DNA of 64,000 nt from NCBI GenBank assembly GCA_002336105.1, contig DDEQ01000043.1, positions 87,569 to 151,568 of the forward strand, read 5' to 3'. Positions 22,037 through 31,977 of this stretch are shown here, piece by piece. Both the position numbers and the translations under genes were made by a program. The notes below the pieces were generated by a model. It was given only the letters and a program-made list of their open reading frames with translations. It did no database searches and was not told where the DNA came from. This stretch comes from Chthonomonas sp. UBA1950 (GTDB lineage Bacteria > Armatimonadota > Fimbriimonadia > Fimbriimonadales > Fimbriimonadaceae). The number at the start of each line of letters is the position of its first letter. The stretch's first letter is position 1.

Positions 22037-24328
22037 ATGCGCAAACCATCTGAAATTGAATCAGCGTTCAGCCCCAAAGATGCCCTTAATGGCAAGTCGA
22101 GCTTCTTCTTGGTAGGAATTGGCGGTGCTGGAATGAGTGCGTTAGCCCGGATGCTCAAGCATCGAGGATTTGACGTTCAGGGCACTGATTCAACTGATGG
22201 CCCGGAAGTGAGACGACTTATCTCAGAGGGTATCGGAGTTCACATTGGGCACAGTGGCGAACCCCTTCAACCCGAGATGGCATTGGTTGTTTCAGACGCG
22301 ATTGACTTAGAGAAAAGCCCTGAGGTTGCTCGTGCGCACGAATTGTCTGTCCCGATGGTGAGAAGGTCTCAGGCCCTAGGCTGGCTTTTAAGGAACTACA
22401 AGGTCATCGCTATTACTGGCACCCACGGAAAAACCACGACAACGGGTATGACGGGCATGGCGCTTGAAGCGGCCGGACTTGATCCCCTCGTCATCGTCGG
22501 AGCAAGTATTCCAGCTTGGAAGAGCCCGATCCGTGAAGGCAAAGGAGAATGGGCCGTCGTGGAAGCTTGTGAGGCTTACGACAGTTTCCATGACCTAGAA
22601 CCGACCCTTGTCGTTCTAACTAATCTTGAGCTCGACCACATCGACTTCCATAAAACCTGGGAAAACCTACGAGGCAGCGTTGTTCGGTTTGCTGACTCGG
22701 TTGTAAAAGGCGGAAAGTTGATATTTGCGTCTGCTGATGACGGGGCCAATCAGGTCGCTAACTTGACCAAGTCTCCAACGGTTGCTTTCACAGACGATGG
22801 ATCATTCACCGAGGAACAACTGGGGACACCTGGCCACCACAACGTTTTGAATGCCACCGCTGCTCTTGAGGTGGCTAAGGCGATTGGTGCGGACCTTGAG
22901 GCAGCAAAGAAAGGAATTACTCATTTCGCTGGAGCAGAGCGACGCCTCCAAGTGCTTCAATCCGACGGAATGACGGTCATTGACGACTACGCTCATCACC
23001 CCACCGAAGTAGAAGCTTCTTTGAAGGCGATTCGACAAAGATGGGCGAAAGATCGCCGACTGGTTGTCGTTTTCCAGCCTCACCTTTACTCACGCACTCA
23101 ACCATTGGTTAAAGAATTCGCTGAAGCCTTGTCAAATGCAGACTACGTGGTCATCACAGACATCTACGCAGCCCGTGAAGACCCAATGCCAGGCGTTAGC
23201 TCAGCTCGAATCGCTGAGAAAGTAACCAAACCGCTACTGTATGTTCCGTCGCGTCATCAGTTGACCACAAAGGTCGCTGAGATATTGGAGCCTGGAGATG
23301 TCGTGGTTGGCATGGGGGCGGGCAATATATCAGAATTCGCGCCCGCACTCATCAAGGAGCTTGCTCGCAACAAAGACCTAAAATCTCCGAAGAACGTTAT
23401 CGTTTTTTACGGCGGCGACTCAGCAGAACGTGAAGTTAGCCTTCACAGCGGATTAGCCATCTTCAATGCTCTGAAATCAAAGAAACACAACGTGCGCTTG
23501 CTGGATATGACCGACAAGTTGTTCACGAATCCGGATTTTTCCGAGTTCATCGGTCCAAATCGTCCAGATGCGGTGTTTCTCGGAATCCACGGTACTCATG
23601 CTGAAGACGGTGCGATTCAAGGGTTGCTGGAGCTTCTTGGCATTCCATACACGGGCTCAGGAATTCAGGCAAGCGCCATCGCCATGGATAAGGGCATGAC
23701 CAAAAACGTGCTTGAAATGGCAGGGATCACAACCCCGAAAGGTGTGCTTTTGTCTAGCCCTGATGATGACGTTCCGTTCGGTCCTCCCTACGTCGTCAAG
23801 CCGAATGCCCAGGGATCGACGGTGGGCCTCACCTTTGTTGAAGATCACGCTTGCCTGTGTTCTGCTATCCAGAACGCCTTTGCCTACGATCGCCAAGTCC
23901 TCGTAGAAGAGTGGCTTCGAGGCATGGAGATCAGCACTCCTGTGCTTTGTAACAAACCGCTTTTGCCTGTGGAAATTGCACCTAACTCTGGGTTTTATGA
24001 CTTCGAGAGTAAATACACTCCCGGAGCAACTTCTGAGATCGTTCCGGCAAGACTGCCAGAAGCGGTTTTGAAACAAGCTCAAGAGATTGCCCTCAAAGCT
24101 CACCAAGCCCTCCGATGCGAAGGGGCAACCCGTACGGACGCCATCGTTGTACCGCCCAAAAACGAAGGCGACGAATATAACATTTACGTGCTCGAAGTTA
24201 ACACCCTTCCAGGTATGACGGGTACCTCGCTGCTCCCGAACAGTGCCGCAGGAATGGGTATCGCTTTCGACGATCTGTGCCAAATACTTCTGGAGGATGC
24301 ATTGAGTGGCAAAAAAGAAAAAGCGTAG
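22037..24328 (+). CDS. murC: fused UDP-MurNAc--L-alanine ligase / D-alanine--D-alanine ligase (MurC-Ddl)
   Basis: One continuous ORF. MurC part: GIGGAGMSALA, ITGTHGKTTT, DDYAHHPTE. From about 23390, Ddl ATP-grasp part: VIVFYGGDSAEREVSLHSG, HGTHAEDGAIQGLLE, EVNTLPGMT. Confidence 0.9.
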   Translation: MRKPSEIESAFSPKDALNGKSSFFLVGIGGAGMSALARMLKHRGFDVQGTDSTDGPEVRRLISEGIGVHIGHSGEPLQPEMALVVSDAIDLEKSPEVARAHELSVPMVRRSQALGWLLRNYKVIAITGTHGKTTTTGMTGMALEAAGLDPLVIVGASIPAWKSPIREGKGEWAVVEACEAYDSFHDLEPTLVVLTNLELDHIDFHKTWENLRGSVVRFADSVVKGGKLIFASADDGANQVANLTKSPTVAFTDDGSFTEEQLGTPGHHNVLNATAALEVAKAIGADLEAAKKGITHFAGAERRLQVLQSDGMTVIDDYAHHPTEVEASLKAIRQRWAKDRRLVVVFQPHLYSRTQPLVKEFAEALSNADYVVITDIYAAREDPMPGVSSARIAEKVTKPLLYVPSRHQLTTKVAEILEPGDVVVGMGAGNISEFAPALIKELARNKDLKSPKNVIVFYGGDSAEREVSLHSGLAIFNALKSKKHNVRLLDMTDKLFTNPDFSEFIGPNRPDAVFLGIHGTHAEDGAIQGLLELLGIPYTGSGIQASAIAMDKGMTKNVLEMAGITTPKGVLLSSPDDDVPFGPPYVVKPNAQGSTVGLTFVEDHACLCSAIQNAFAYDRQVLVEEWLRGMEISTPVLCNKPLLPVEIAPNSGFYDFESKYTPGATSEIVPARLPEAVLKQAQEIALKAHQALRCEGATRTDAIVVPPKNEGDEYNIYVLEVNTLPGMTGTSLLPNSAAGMGIAFDDLCQILLEDALSGKKEKA

Positions 24329-25031
24329 AAAATCTCGCTTGCTACCCAAACCATTCCTGCAACTTGGGTTGATCATCAATCTGGCCTTGGGCATGATGTT
24401 AAGTCACATCACGAGCATCGTTCACCTGAGGACAGATGGTGCGCCAGATTGGGACAAAGCTAGGATCAAGGAAATCGCAAAACGACTAAACGATGTCCCT
24501 TGTTCAGAAGTAGATGGGAAGTCTTTTGAAAGCGCTGTGTTGCAAAACCCTGAATATGACAGCGTCGCCCTATCTCGGAACCCCTTCGGTAGCGCGACTC
24601 TCAAAATCAAGAGAAGAACACCGGTTGCGATCATTGAAAACGCGGGCAACTTAGCGCTGTCAACCGATGGCGTTGTCTATCCGACGAAAGCGCGCCTAAC
24701 CGGTTTACCATCCCTGTTGATAGATGACAAAAACCTGCAACCTCAGGCATCTTTTATGTCTGGTTTCCCTTGGCAGCGATATGCCGACCTGGCGATTCAA
24801 ACAAAGTTGCTAACTGGTGAACATCCTGCTCAAATCAAGCTGGGTCAAGACGGCTCGATATGGTTAAATATGCTAGGTGGAAAAGTTAAACTTGGCTCCT
24901 TCGAACAGTTGGATGCAAAGATCACTTTTCTCAAAACCCAACTCTCCTCTGATCCGGCATTTCTAACGAGATACGAGTCAGTCAACATTGTTTCGCCTAG
25001 CAGCCCTGTAATCGTGCAATTGAAAAGTTGA
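24306..25031 (+). CDS. ftsQ: cell division protein FtsQ/DivIB-like
   Basis: Basic N-terminus, one TM, POTRA-like region. Sits between murC-ddl and ftsA. GTG start overlaps the murC-ddl end by 23 nt. Confidence 0.7.
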   Translation: MAKKKKRRKSRLLPKPFLQLGLIINLALGMMLSHITSIVHLRTDGAPDWDKARIKEIAKRLNDVPCSEVDGKSFESAVLQNPEYDSVALSRNPFGSATLKIKRRTPVAIIENAGNLALSTDGVVYPTKARLTGLPSLLIDDKNLQPQASFMSGFPWQRYADLAIQTKLLTGEHPAQIKLGQDGSIWLNMLGGKVKLGSFEQLDAKITFLKTQLSSDPAFLTRYESVNIVSPSSPVIVQLKS

Positions 25032-25040
25032 GCAAAAGTC

Positions 25041-25829
25041 GTGAACCCATTTACCTCCCGAATACCGCCTCGGCCGCATCTTCTAAAAGATAAATGGCTT
25101 ATTCCGGTAACCCTAATGTGCCTTGTCTTAGGATTTATGATCGCGCTTGCATGGGTTACCCCCGCAAATCAAACTTCACGATACGCAAACTTGTCTTCTA
25201 GCCAAAAGCCTCGGGTTAGTGAAGCCTCGGTTGACATCGAAGCCTTCCAAACGATGAAGCAGCAGGTCACGGACCTTCAAAAGGAAAAGACTAAGTTAGA
25301 AAATGCCTTGGCCGGGCAAGACGGGAAAACGAAGGTTCTTAATGACAGCCTCCAAGACACAAAGGCGTTTGCCGGGTTGGTGGCAGTGGAAGGCCCCGGC
25401 GTAAGCGTCACCTTGCGAGACAGCACAAAGAAGTTTCCTGAACTCCAAAACGCTGGCGGAGGAGCAATTCTCAACGAAACGAATGTTCACGATACCGACG
25501 CTCTATTGATTGTCAACGAGCTATTCAATGCAGGTGCAGAAGCGGTCGCTGTCGATAAGGAAAGAGTTGTTGGAGTTTCGAATATCCGGTGTGCAGGAAC
25601 CATCATCATGGTCAACGACGTGAAGGTTGCCCCGCCTATCGTGATTCGAGCTATTGGCGACCCGAACACGCTCATTGGTGCTCTCAATATCAATGGCGGA
25701 ATTGTTTCAGATCTCCGAATGACCGACCCTAACATGGTTGAGATCGCCCCTCTCAAGAAAATGGTCATTCCAGCGTACACGGGCAAAACAAAATTCCGAC
25801 TGGCAACACCAGTGAAGGAAGACAAGTGA
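25041..25829 (+). CDS. DUF881 family division-associated protein (YlxW/YlxX-like)
   Basis: TM + coiled coil + GLVAVEGPGVSVTLRD ... VHDTDALLIVNELFNAGAEAVAVDKERV ... IRAIGDPNTL, typical of DUF881. Confidence 0.8.
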   Translation: MNPFTSRIPPRPHLLKDKWLIPVTLMCLVLGFMIALAWVTPANQTSRYANLSSSQKPRVSEASVDIEAFQTMKQQVTDLQKEKTKLENALAGQDGKTKVLNDSLQDTKAFAGLVAVEGPGVSVTLRDSTKKFPELQNAGGGAILNETNVHDTDALLIVNELFNAGAEAVAVDKERVVGVSNIRCAGTIIMVNDVKVAPPIVIRAIGDPNTLIGALNINGGIVSDLRMTDPNMVEIAPLKKMVIPAYTGKTKFRLATPVKEDK

Positions 25830-26239
25830 TCGTCTTCATACCTATAATCGCTCTTTTGGTAGGAGCGGCAATCGCTCTGCTATGCCATTTTCCACCTTTT
25901 CGCGGAGTTGGCGGACAATATCTGGCCCTTGCCTGTTTGGCAGGTCTTGACACCGTTTGCGGTGGAATTCGAAGCGGGATGGAAGGCAAATTTCGGAACG
26001 ACATCTTTATCACCGGTTTCTTTTCGAACGTACTCATCGCCTTCTTCCTTGCCTGGTTAGGCGACCAGATTTATATCGATGTCTTTCTTGCTGTCGCCCT
26101 TGTCATGGTTGGCCGGGTGTTCACAAATCTCAGCATGATCCGCCGGTTCCTGATCACCAAATGGCAAGATAATAACGAACGAAAGAGACTACAAAAACTG
26201 CAACAAGCAGCTCCAGCGCCGGTGGAACCTAACGCATGA
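25826..26239 (+). CDS. sbp: small basic protein (DUF1290, Sbp-like)
   Basis: GTGA overlap with the DUF881 gene. LACLAGLDTVCGGIRSGMEGKFRNDIFITGFFSN resembles B. subtilis Sbp. Located immediately upstream of ftsA, as in Firmicutes. Confidence 0.7.
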   Translation: MIVFIPIIALLVGAAIALLCHFPPFRGVGGQYLALACLAGLDTVCGGIRSGMEGKFRNDIFITGFFSNVLIAFFLAWLGDQIYIDVFLAVALVMVGRVFTNLSMIRRFLITKWQDNNERKRLQKLQQAAPAPVEPNA

Positions 26240-27447
26240 AAGAAGAATTAGTACACGTTTTGGACCTTGGAGAGAGCAAGGTGGTTTGCTTATCGGCAAA
26301 AAAGGCTGCCGATGGAATTAGGATCGTTGCGATCTCTTCAGTTCCTTGCAAAGGCGTTAAAAAAGGGATCATTTCGGATGTCGACGAAACCGCTGGCGCT
26401 ATTTCCCAAGCCGTCAAGAAAGTTCAGCAAGCCGTCGGAGAAGAGATCAAAGCTCTCGTGGTTACCATATCGGGTCCTCACTTAGAAGGCACCAATGCTC
26501 AAGGATTTAAGCCGGTCATTCCTCGTGGCAGGCTGATCACTCATCAAGATGTCCTAGAAGTTGTCACACATAGCCGTTCCATCGTCTTTCCGCCAGATCG
26601 GGAACAGATACAAGCCCTGCCCAGAGAGTTCAAGGTGGACGGGGTACGAGACGTTCGGCAACCAGTTGGAATGCCCGCCTCAAAACTTGAGGTGGTCACG
26701 TACGTGGCGAGCGGTCAGCTTTCAGCTCTTCAACTCGTTGAGCGAGCAATCGCTCTCGCGGGTAAGACGGTCGATCAGATGGTTATTCGCCCGCTTGCTT
26801 CTGGAATCGGTGTCATGACGACTCAGGAAATGGACGGTGGAGCGGTGGTCGTCGACCTCGGGCACGGTTGCACCGATATTGGAGTCTTTATGAACGGTTC
26901 GATTGGCTATTGTGCAAGCCTTCCGGTCGGTTCCGGTCACGTAACCACTGACCTTAGCCATCTCCTCAAATGCTCGCCCGAAGAGGCAGACCGACTAAAA
27001 ACCTCTCATGGCGTTGCCATGGCAAAATTGGTCCCTGAAACAAAGTCTGTCGATGTACTTCAGGTCGGACAGTCGATTGCTCGTCCGCTTCAGCAGAAGG
27101 TGCTTTGCGAAATCATCGAGGCCCGAATGCGGGAAATCGCAGTGATGGTCAAGCAACAGGTTGAAAAGAGCGGCCAAATGGGACTACTTCCCGGTGGTGT
27201 TATTCTGACCGGAGGTGGTGCACAGATGGAGGGCGTTGATAAGTTGTTTGAGGAAGTCCTCAAACACATGCGCGTCCGCATTGCTGAACCGGTAGTGAAG
27301 TTGACTGAAGCTCCGAAAGCAGGGCTAGCCGCAGCAGTTGGCGCAGCAACATTCACCATTCAATGTTATGAAGAGATCACGCCCGCAAACGGTGGATCAT
27401 CCTTCAAAGACAGAATTCGTAGTTTGTTTTCAGTGTTTAACGGGTGA
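26236..27447 (+). CDS. ftsA: cell division protein FtsA
   Basis: Actin-like ATPase: VLDLGESKV, VVDLGHGCTDIGVF, GGVILTGGGAQMEG. Upstream of ftsZ. Confidence 0.92.
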   Translation: MKEELVHVLDLGESKVVCLSAKKAADGIRIVAISSVPCKGVKKGIISDVDETAGAISQAVKKVQQAVGEEIKALVVTISGPHLEGTNAQGFKPVIPRGRLITHQDVLEVVTHSRSIVFPPDREQIQALPREFKVDGVRDVRQPVGMPASKLEVVTYVASGQLSALQLVERAIALAGKTVDQMVIRPLASGIGVMTTQEMDGGAVVVDLGHGCTDIGVFMNGSIGYCASLPVGSGHVTTDLSHLLKCSPEEADRLKTSHGVAMAKLVPETKSVDVLQVGQSIARPLQQKVLCEIIEARMREIAVMVKQQVEKSGQMGLLPGGVILTGGGAQMEGVDKLFEEVLKHMRVRIAEPVVKLTEAPKAGLAAAVGAATFTIQCYEEITPANGGSSFKDRIRSLFSVFNG

Positions 27448-27522
27448 AGTTGAAGTTATTAACGATATTCACAGGTTATCCACAGGTAAACGGAGAGTTT
27501 AGGTTCTAAAATAGCGCTACTT

Positions 27523-28746
27523 GTGAAGAAGTCGGAGAAGCAATTGGATAAGCCCCAAGCAGTAATCAAGGTACTTGGCGTTGGCGGCGGTGGAAGCAAC
27601 GCGGTCCAGCGCATGATCGACAGCGGCATACGCGGTGTTGAGTTCGTGGCGATGAACACAGACGTCCAGGTGTTGGATCAACACTCTTCCCAGAGGAAGG
27701 TTCAGCTCGGTGGAAATCTGACTCGTGGTCTTGGCGCTGGCGGTAACCCAGAGGTTGGAAAACTGGCAGCAGAAGAGAGCCGAAGCGAGATTCGAAAGGT
27801 TCTAGAAGGCGCAGACATGGTCTTCATCACCGCAGGTATGGGTGGTGGAACAGGTACTGGTGCCGCTCCAGTTATTGCCGACCTTGCTCGCGAAGCCGGT
27901 GTTCTCTCAGTCGCTATTGTGACAAAGCCGTTCTCCTTTGAAGGACCGAGGCGAGCACGACTTGCCGAAGAAGGCATCACCTCCCTCATGGGTCGAGTTG
28001 ATACCGTCATCACAATTCCGAACGACCGACTTCTTGATGTCGTTGAGCGCAAGACGAGCCTGCTCGAAGCCTTCCGAGTTGCTGACGACGTCCTCAGACA
28101 AGCCGTTCAAGGCATCGCCGAAATCATCACCAGCGCAGGTCAATGGAATGTTGACTTCGCCGACGTTCGAACGATCATGGCGAATTCTGGCCCAGCCCTG
28201 ATGGGTATTGGTTACGGTGTTGGCGAACAACGAGCACTACAAGCCGCTCGAAGCGCGGTGACTTCTCCGCTCGTCGAACAGTCAATCAATGGTGCCGGTG
28301 CTCTCCTCGTGAATGTTGCTTTTGGTCCAGATCTCACGCTGACCGAAATGAATGAAGCGATGACCTACATTCGCAGCCTTTGCGACACCGATGACGCGAA
28401 CATCATTACGGGTACGATGCAGGATCCTGAAATGGAAGGCACAGTTCGGGTTACCGTTCTTGCGACAGGTTTCAACCCGTATACCAAAGAGGGAAAGCAG
28501 GTCGCTAGCGCGACGTATGGAACGACTTCAAACGTAAGCGCCCCAACCGCCCCTGTAGCGCCGATCATTCCTCCACAACCGGTTGTGACGCCACTCGCAA
28601 CGAGCGACGAGATCGTCCAGCAAGCTCGCGAAAGACTCAATCAGTCGCGCGGTGTGCCGGCAGTTCCAGATGCAAGCAATGTTTTCGATAGCACGGATCT
28701 TGATATCCCGGCTTTCATCCGCGAGCATCGACAAAGAAACAGTTAG
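27523..28746 (+). CDS. ftsZ: cell division GTPase FtsZ
   Basis: GVGGGGSNAV, tubulin signature GGGTGTGAAPVIA, NVDFADV, C-terminal peptide DLDIPAFIR. Confidence 0.97.
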   Translation: MKKSEKQLDKPQAVIKVLGVGGGGSNAVQRMIDSGIRGVEFVAMNTDVQVLDQHSSQRKVQLGGNLTRGLGAGGNPEVGKLAAEESRSEIRKVLEGADMVFITAGMGGGTGTGAAPVIADLAREAGVLSVAIVTKPFSFEGPRRARLAEEGITSLMGRVDTVITIPNDRLLDVVERKTSLLEAFRVADDVLRQAVQGIAEIITSAGQWNVDFADVRTIMANSGPALMGIGYGVGEQRALQAARSAVTSPLVEQSINGAGALLVNVAFGPDLTLTEMNEAMTYIRSLCDTDDANIITGTMQDPEMEGTVRVTVLATGFNPYTKEGKQVASATYGTTSNVSAPTAPVAPIIPPQPVVTPLATSDEIVQQARERLNQSRGVPAVPDASNVFDSTDLDIPAFIREHRQRNS

Positions 28747-28773
28747 CACTCATTTTCATGGTGCTTTTTGGTC

Positions 28774-30075
28774 ATGCCATTCGTCCTAATGAATGGCATG
28801 ATTCTCTCACTCGGATTCGTCCTTGCCACCCAGCTAGGAACACCTCAAGAGCCAACTGCTCCGGCAGCCACAACTCCGGCGCAGGCTGCTCCATCTTTCA
28901 CACAAGCATTTACGGTTGTTGAACCAAACCGTCTTTGCGTGAGCCCACTCATCGACGGAAAACTAACGGATGAGGAATGGGATCCACTCTCAACGAATTC
29001 ATATTTTCAGTGGGAGCCAGGCAAACTCCATTTTGCCGCCAAGGTTGGCGCGAATGAAGATGCAGTGTTCAGCGTTGATCTCAAAGCCAATGGTTGGTTG
29101 ATTGGTGATGATAATTACGAGTTTCGAGTGAGCATCAAGGATGGAAAACCTGTGCTTACTGCTCGCCAACTTGATGCTACCAACGTTGCAGGGCCAGTCT
29201 ACCGGGAGCTACCAGGGATCGTCCTATCATCGAAATTCGCGGCTTCCGTTGACTCAACGGGGACCACAATCGAATTGAGCGTGATTGATCCGGGCTGGGA
29301 AATTTTCGATTTCTCTCGAAGTCAGAAAATCGGGGTGAGAGTCGATGCAGTTCCTAGTTCGGAAGCACCCATCGAACCGTTCAAACCACGAGTTCTCACA
29401 CCAGTTAACTTAGTGAATCTGCGTGCCGCAGCGCTTCCAGCCAACATCAAATGGAATCTCGAAAGGAACGAACGAGCTGTGACTCCTGGTGAATCGAAGA
29501 TGATGCGGTTCACCTTCAATGCGCCGAAAGAAACCAAACTTGCAGAAATAGAGATCCGGTCTGAGGGATTAGCGAAGGACGACACGAACAAAATCACAAC
29601 GCCATTCCCTGCCTTCGACAATAAAGGGCGAGCGATCGTTGACTACGTCACTGGTGTTGCTCCTGCGGCGACCACCGGTTATCGCATTGTTCGCGGAGCA
29701 GTTAAGGCCTCCGACGGTATCCAAGCCTTACTAGAGGGCAGCTACTTTATCGCTCCTCTCGTCGATGTAGAGCTAGCCAGAAAAGTTTACACAGGGCAAA
29801 CAACCGACCGAGGCTTGCCGATTGCTTTCTACATTGGTAGCAGCTCACAAAAGATCGTAAAGGGCGATGTGACGATCGGGGTGCCGACAGGATTTCGAGT
29901 TTTGAACGGCACCGACAAGCAGAAATTCTCCATCACCGATAAATGGGGACGGATTAGGAAGTCTTTCGACCTCTACATCCCAGGCAACTCAAGCGGCACC
30001 TATCCGATCACGTTGACAGTGAACGCAAACGGCAAGACCTTTCCCTACACGGTCTATATCACTTTCCGAGGCTAG
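28774..30075 (+). CDS. hypothetical secreted protein
   Basis: ORF 28768..30075. Signal-like N-terminus then a Pro/Ala/Thr linker. No recognisable catalytic motif. Confidence 0.5.
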   Translation: MPFVLMNGMILSLGFVLATQLGTPQEPTAPAATTPAQAAPSFTQAFTVVEPNRLCVSPLIDGKLTDEEWDPLSTNSYFQWEPGKLHFAAKVGANEDAVFSVDLKANGWLIGDDNYEFRVSIKDGKPVLTARQLDATNVAGPVYRELPGIVLSSKFAASVDSTGTTIELSVIDPGWEIFDFSRSQKIGVRVDAVPSSEAPIEPFKPRVLTPVNLVNLRAAALPANIKWNLERNERAVTPGESKMMRFTFNAPKETKLAEIEIRSEGLAKDDTNKITTPFPAFDNKGRAIVDYVTGVAPAATTGYRIVRGAVKASDGIQALLEGSYFIAPLVDVELARKVYTGQTTDRGLPIAFYIGSSSQKIVKGDVTIGVPTGFRVLNGTDKQKFSITDKWGRIRKSFDLYIPGNSSGTYPITLTVNANGKTFPYTVYITFRG

Positions 30076-30083
30076 GAGCAAGC

Positions 30084-30120
30084 GATAGTCTCAAGTTCTT
30101 AATCGGAACTTGAGACTATC
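30084..30120. terminator. bidirectional hairpin terminator
   Basis: Perfect 15-bp stem gatagtctcaagttc / gaacttgagactatc with a 7-nt loop, between convergent genes. Overlaps the hisF stop. Confidence 0.65.
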
Positions 30121-30892
30121 GAGAAGCGATCTGCAATCGCATAGGAAGCCCGGCATCCGCCATGCTCTGCTTGAGATCTGATATCTTGTAGACGCCGTCG
30201 TGAACGATGGATGCGAGCAGAACCGCGTCGGCCTTCCCCTTTGTAATCCCTTCCACCAGGTGTTCGGCATTCCCTGCTCCTCCTGATGCAATGACCGGCA
30301 CAGAAACTGCCTCGGAGACTGCCCGAGTTAAATCAAGGTCATATCCGGCCAAAGTTCCGTCGCCATCCATGCTGGTCAGCAATATTTCACCAGCACCAAG
30401 CTGAACAACCTTCTGAGCCCATTCAACCGCATCGAGTCCACTTGGATGACGCCCACCGTGCGTAAAGACTTCCCAACCTTCTGCATCACGACGTTTGCGC
30501 GCGTCGATCGCAACGACGATACATTGCGCCCCGAAGTTAGCTGCACCTTCGCTGATGAGGTTTGGGTCTTTTATAGCGGCGGTATTGAGTGACACCTTAT
30601 CGGCTCCAGCGTGCAATGCTCCCCGAATATCTTCAACGCTTCGCAGTCCACCTCCCACCGTGAATGGAATAAAGATTTGCTCGGCTACTCGTTCGGCTAA
30701 CCGAATCACGGGTGCGCGCTCCTCGTGCGATGCTGTGATGTCAAGAAACACCAATTCGTCAGCGCCTTCGGAATCGTAAAACCGACCTAACTCGACAGGG
30801 TCACCTGCATCACGTAAACCAACAAAATTGATCCCCTTAACGACGCGGCCGTCTTTGATATCAAGGCATGGAATGAGTCGAACTGATGTCAT
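30116..30892 (-). CDS. hisF: imidazole glycerol phosphate synthase cyclase subunit
   Basis: [43 protein letters not shown]. Confidence 0.95.
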   Translation of the reverse strand: MTSVRLIPCLDIKDGRVVKGINFVGLRDAGDPVELGRFYDSEGADELVFLDITASHEERAPVIRLAERVAEQIFIPFTVGGGLRSVEDIRGALHAGADKVSLNTAAIKDPNLISEGAANFGAQCIVVAIDARKRRDAEGWEVFTHGGRHPSGLDAVEWAQKVVQLGAGEILLTSMDGDGTLAGYDLDLTRAVSEAVSVPVIASGGAGNAEHLVEGITKGKADAVLLASIVHDGVYKISDLKQSMADAGLPMRLQIASR

Positions 30893-31698
30893 GTTGTTTG
30901 TATTCGATGAATCCGCACACAGGTCTCCCCTTTTCGGCGCGGATAGAAGCTGAGCCTGAAGCGGTCATCAAATGAGTCGAGATCCAAATTCTCGGGGATA
31001 GATCGCGAATCCCATACCTCTGCTCGTAGCTTTTCAAAAAGGTCCAGAACCAACCATCTCTCATCGCTTTGGATTTCGTATGTCTTCAATTCTCGAAGTC
31101 CCACCTTTGCCAACCCTCGTGTAGAAGCGGAGTTTTCAGACCAGATTGTTCTGGTGTGAAGTAACGGTGATAAGGCAGTTGGATCCTCCTTCAGGGCATT
31201 TGATAGTTCATCTGCAGAGAAAAACCGCTCTTGCGTCACGTCGAAAATCAACTTCGAGTTCATTAAGAACGCTACTGCATCAGCCAGATGTGTCACAAGC
31301 TTGACGTGTCTTGCATCTTTTAGTGGCGTCTCAGAAGCATAGCGAATCTTAATCAGAGCCTTAGAGTTGGCCAACGATTGAATCTGTTCTGCGGTTGGCT
31401 CTGCCAAATACTCAAGATCTGGCCGGAATACATGCGCATTCTTTCGGCGCAGAACTAAGGCGATATGAAGTCGAATGTCTGAAAAGAGTAATCCTTCGGG
31501 AGGCCCAATCGGGCTAACACCTTTGACGGAGTAACGGTTGCTTTTCAGAACTTGGTCCATCAGTTCAGACTGATTTGGAAGTCGCTCTTCTGGAACATAA
31601 ACCCAATACTCGGTAATCGCCAGATATCGCTGCCTTCGAAACAGACGAACGACGGCGAAAGCACAGATCGCTCCAACAAGAACACCGAAGACAAACAT
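30889..31698 (-). CDS. hypothetical membrane-anchored protein
   Basis: 269-aa ORF with N-terminal TM. 4-nt overlap with hisF. Confidence 0.5.
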   Translation of the reverse strand: MFVFGVLVGAICAFAVVRLFRRQRYLAITEYWVYVPEERLPNQSELMDQVLKSNRYSVKGVSPIGPPEGLLFSDIRLHIALVLRRKNAHVFRPDLEYLAEPTAEQIQSLANSKALIKIRYASETPLKDARHVKLVTHLADAVAFLMNSKLIFDVTQERFFSADELSNALKEDPTALSPLLHTRTIWSENSASTRGLAKVGLRELKTYEIQSDERWLVLDLFEKLRAEVWDSRSIPENLDLDSFDDRFRLSFYPRRKGETCVRIHRIQTT

Positions 31699-31707
31699 GA
31701 CATTTCC

Positions 31708-31923
31708 CTAAGGGCCGACCCCTCCGAGCCAGCGTACGGCTAAATCAAGCTCTGTTCCTTCCAAACTCGAATAGCAGACATCGCACAGTCCAGCTTCGTT
31801 GACGCGCTTCGATTTGCACAGCAGACAAGAATCCATTCGTCGCGCATCCATGACGTATTTGCTATTTCGCAATGCAAATGAAAGCTGGTCGCGTCGAATG
31901 CCCTCCGAGTTCAATCTGTCCAC
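31708..31923 (-). CDS. small hypothetical protein with CxxC...CxxC zinc-ribbon-like motif
   Basis: 71 aa with CLLCKSKRVNEAGLCDVC. Lies 9 nt upstream of the next gene in the same orientation. Confidence 0.35.
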   Translation of the reverse strand: MDRLNSEGIRRDQLSFALRNSKYVMDARRMDSCLLCKSKRVNEAGLCDVCYSSLEGTELDLAVRWLGGVGP

Positions 31924-31977
31924 TTCACTTAGTTTACCGGTCTGACCCGGGTCGTCCGTAGTACGAAAAAACGAACA

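Noticed and set aside
23657-24394. 245-aa minus-strand ORF
   Set aside because: It lies entirely antisense to the well-supported Ddl domain of murC-ddl and the ftsQ start, and its sequence is not protein-like. It is a shadow ORF. The same applies to the other antisense ORFs inside dcw genes, for example 14001..14405, 15190..15597, 20719..21114 and 27702..28052.
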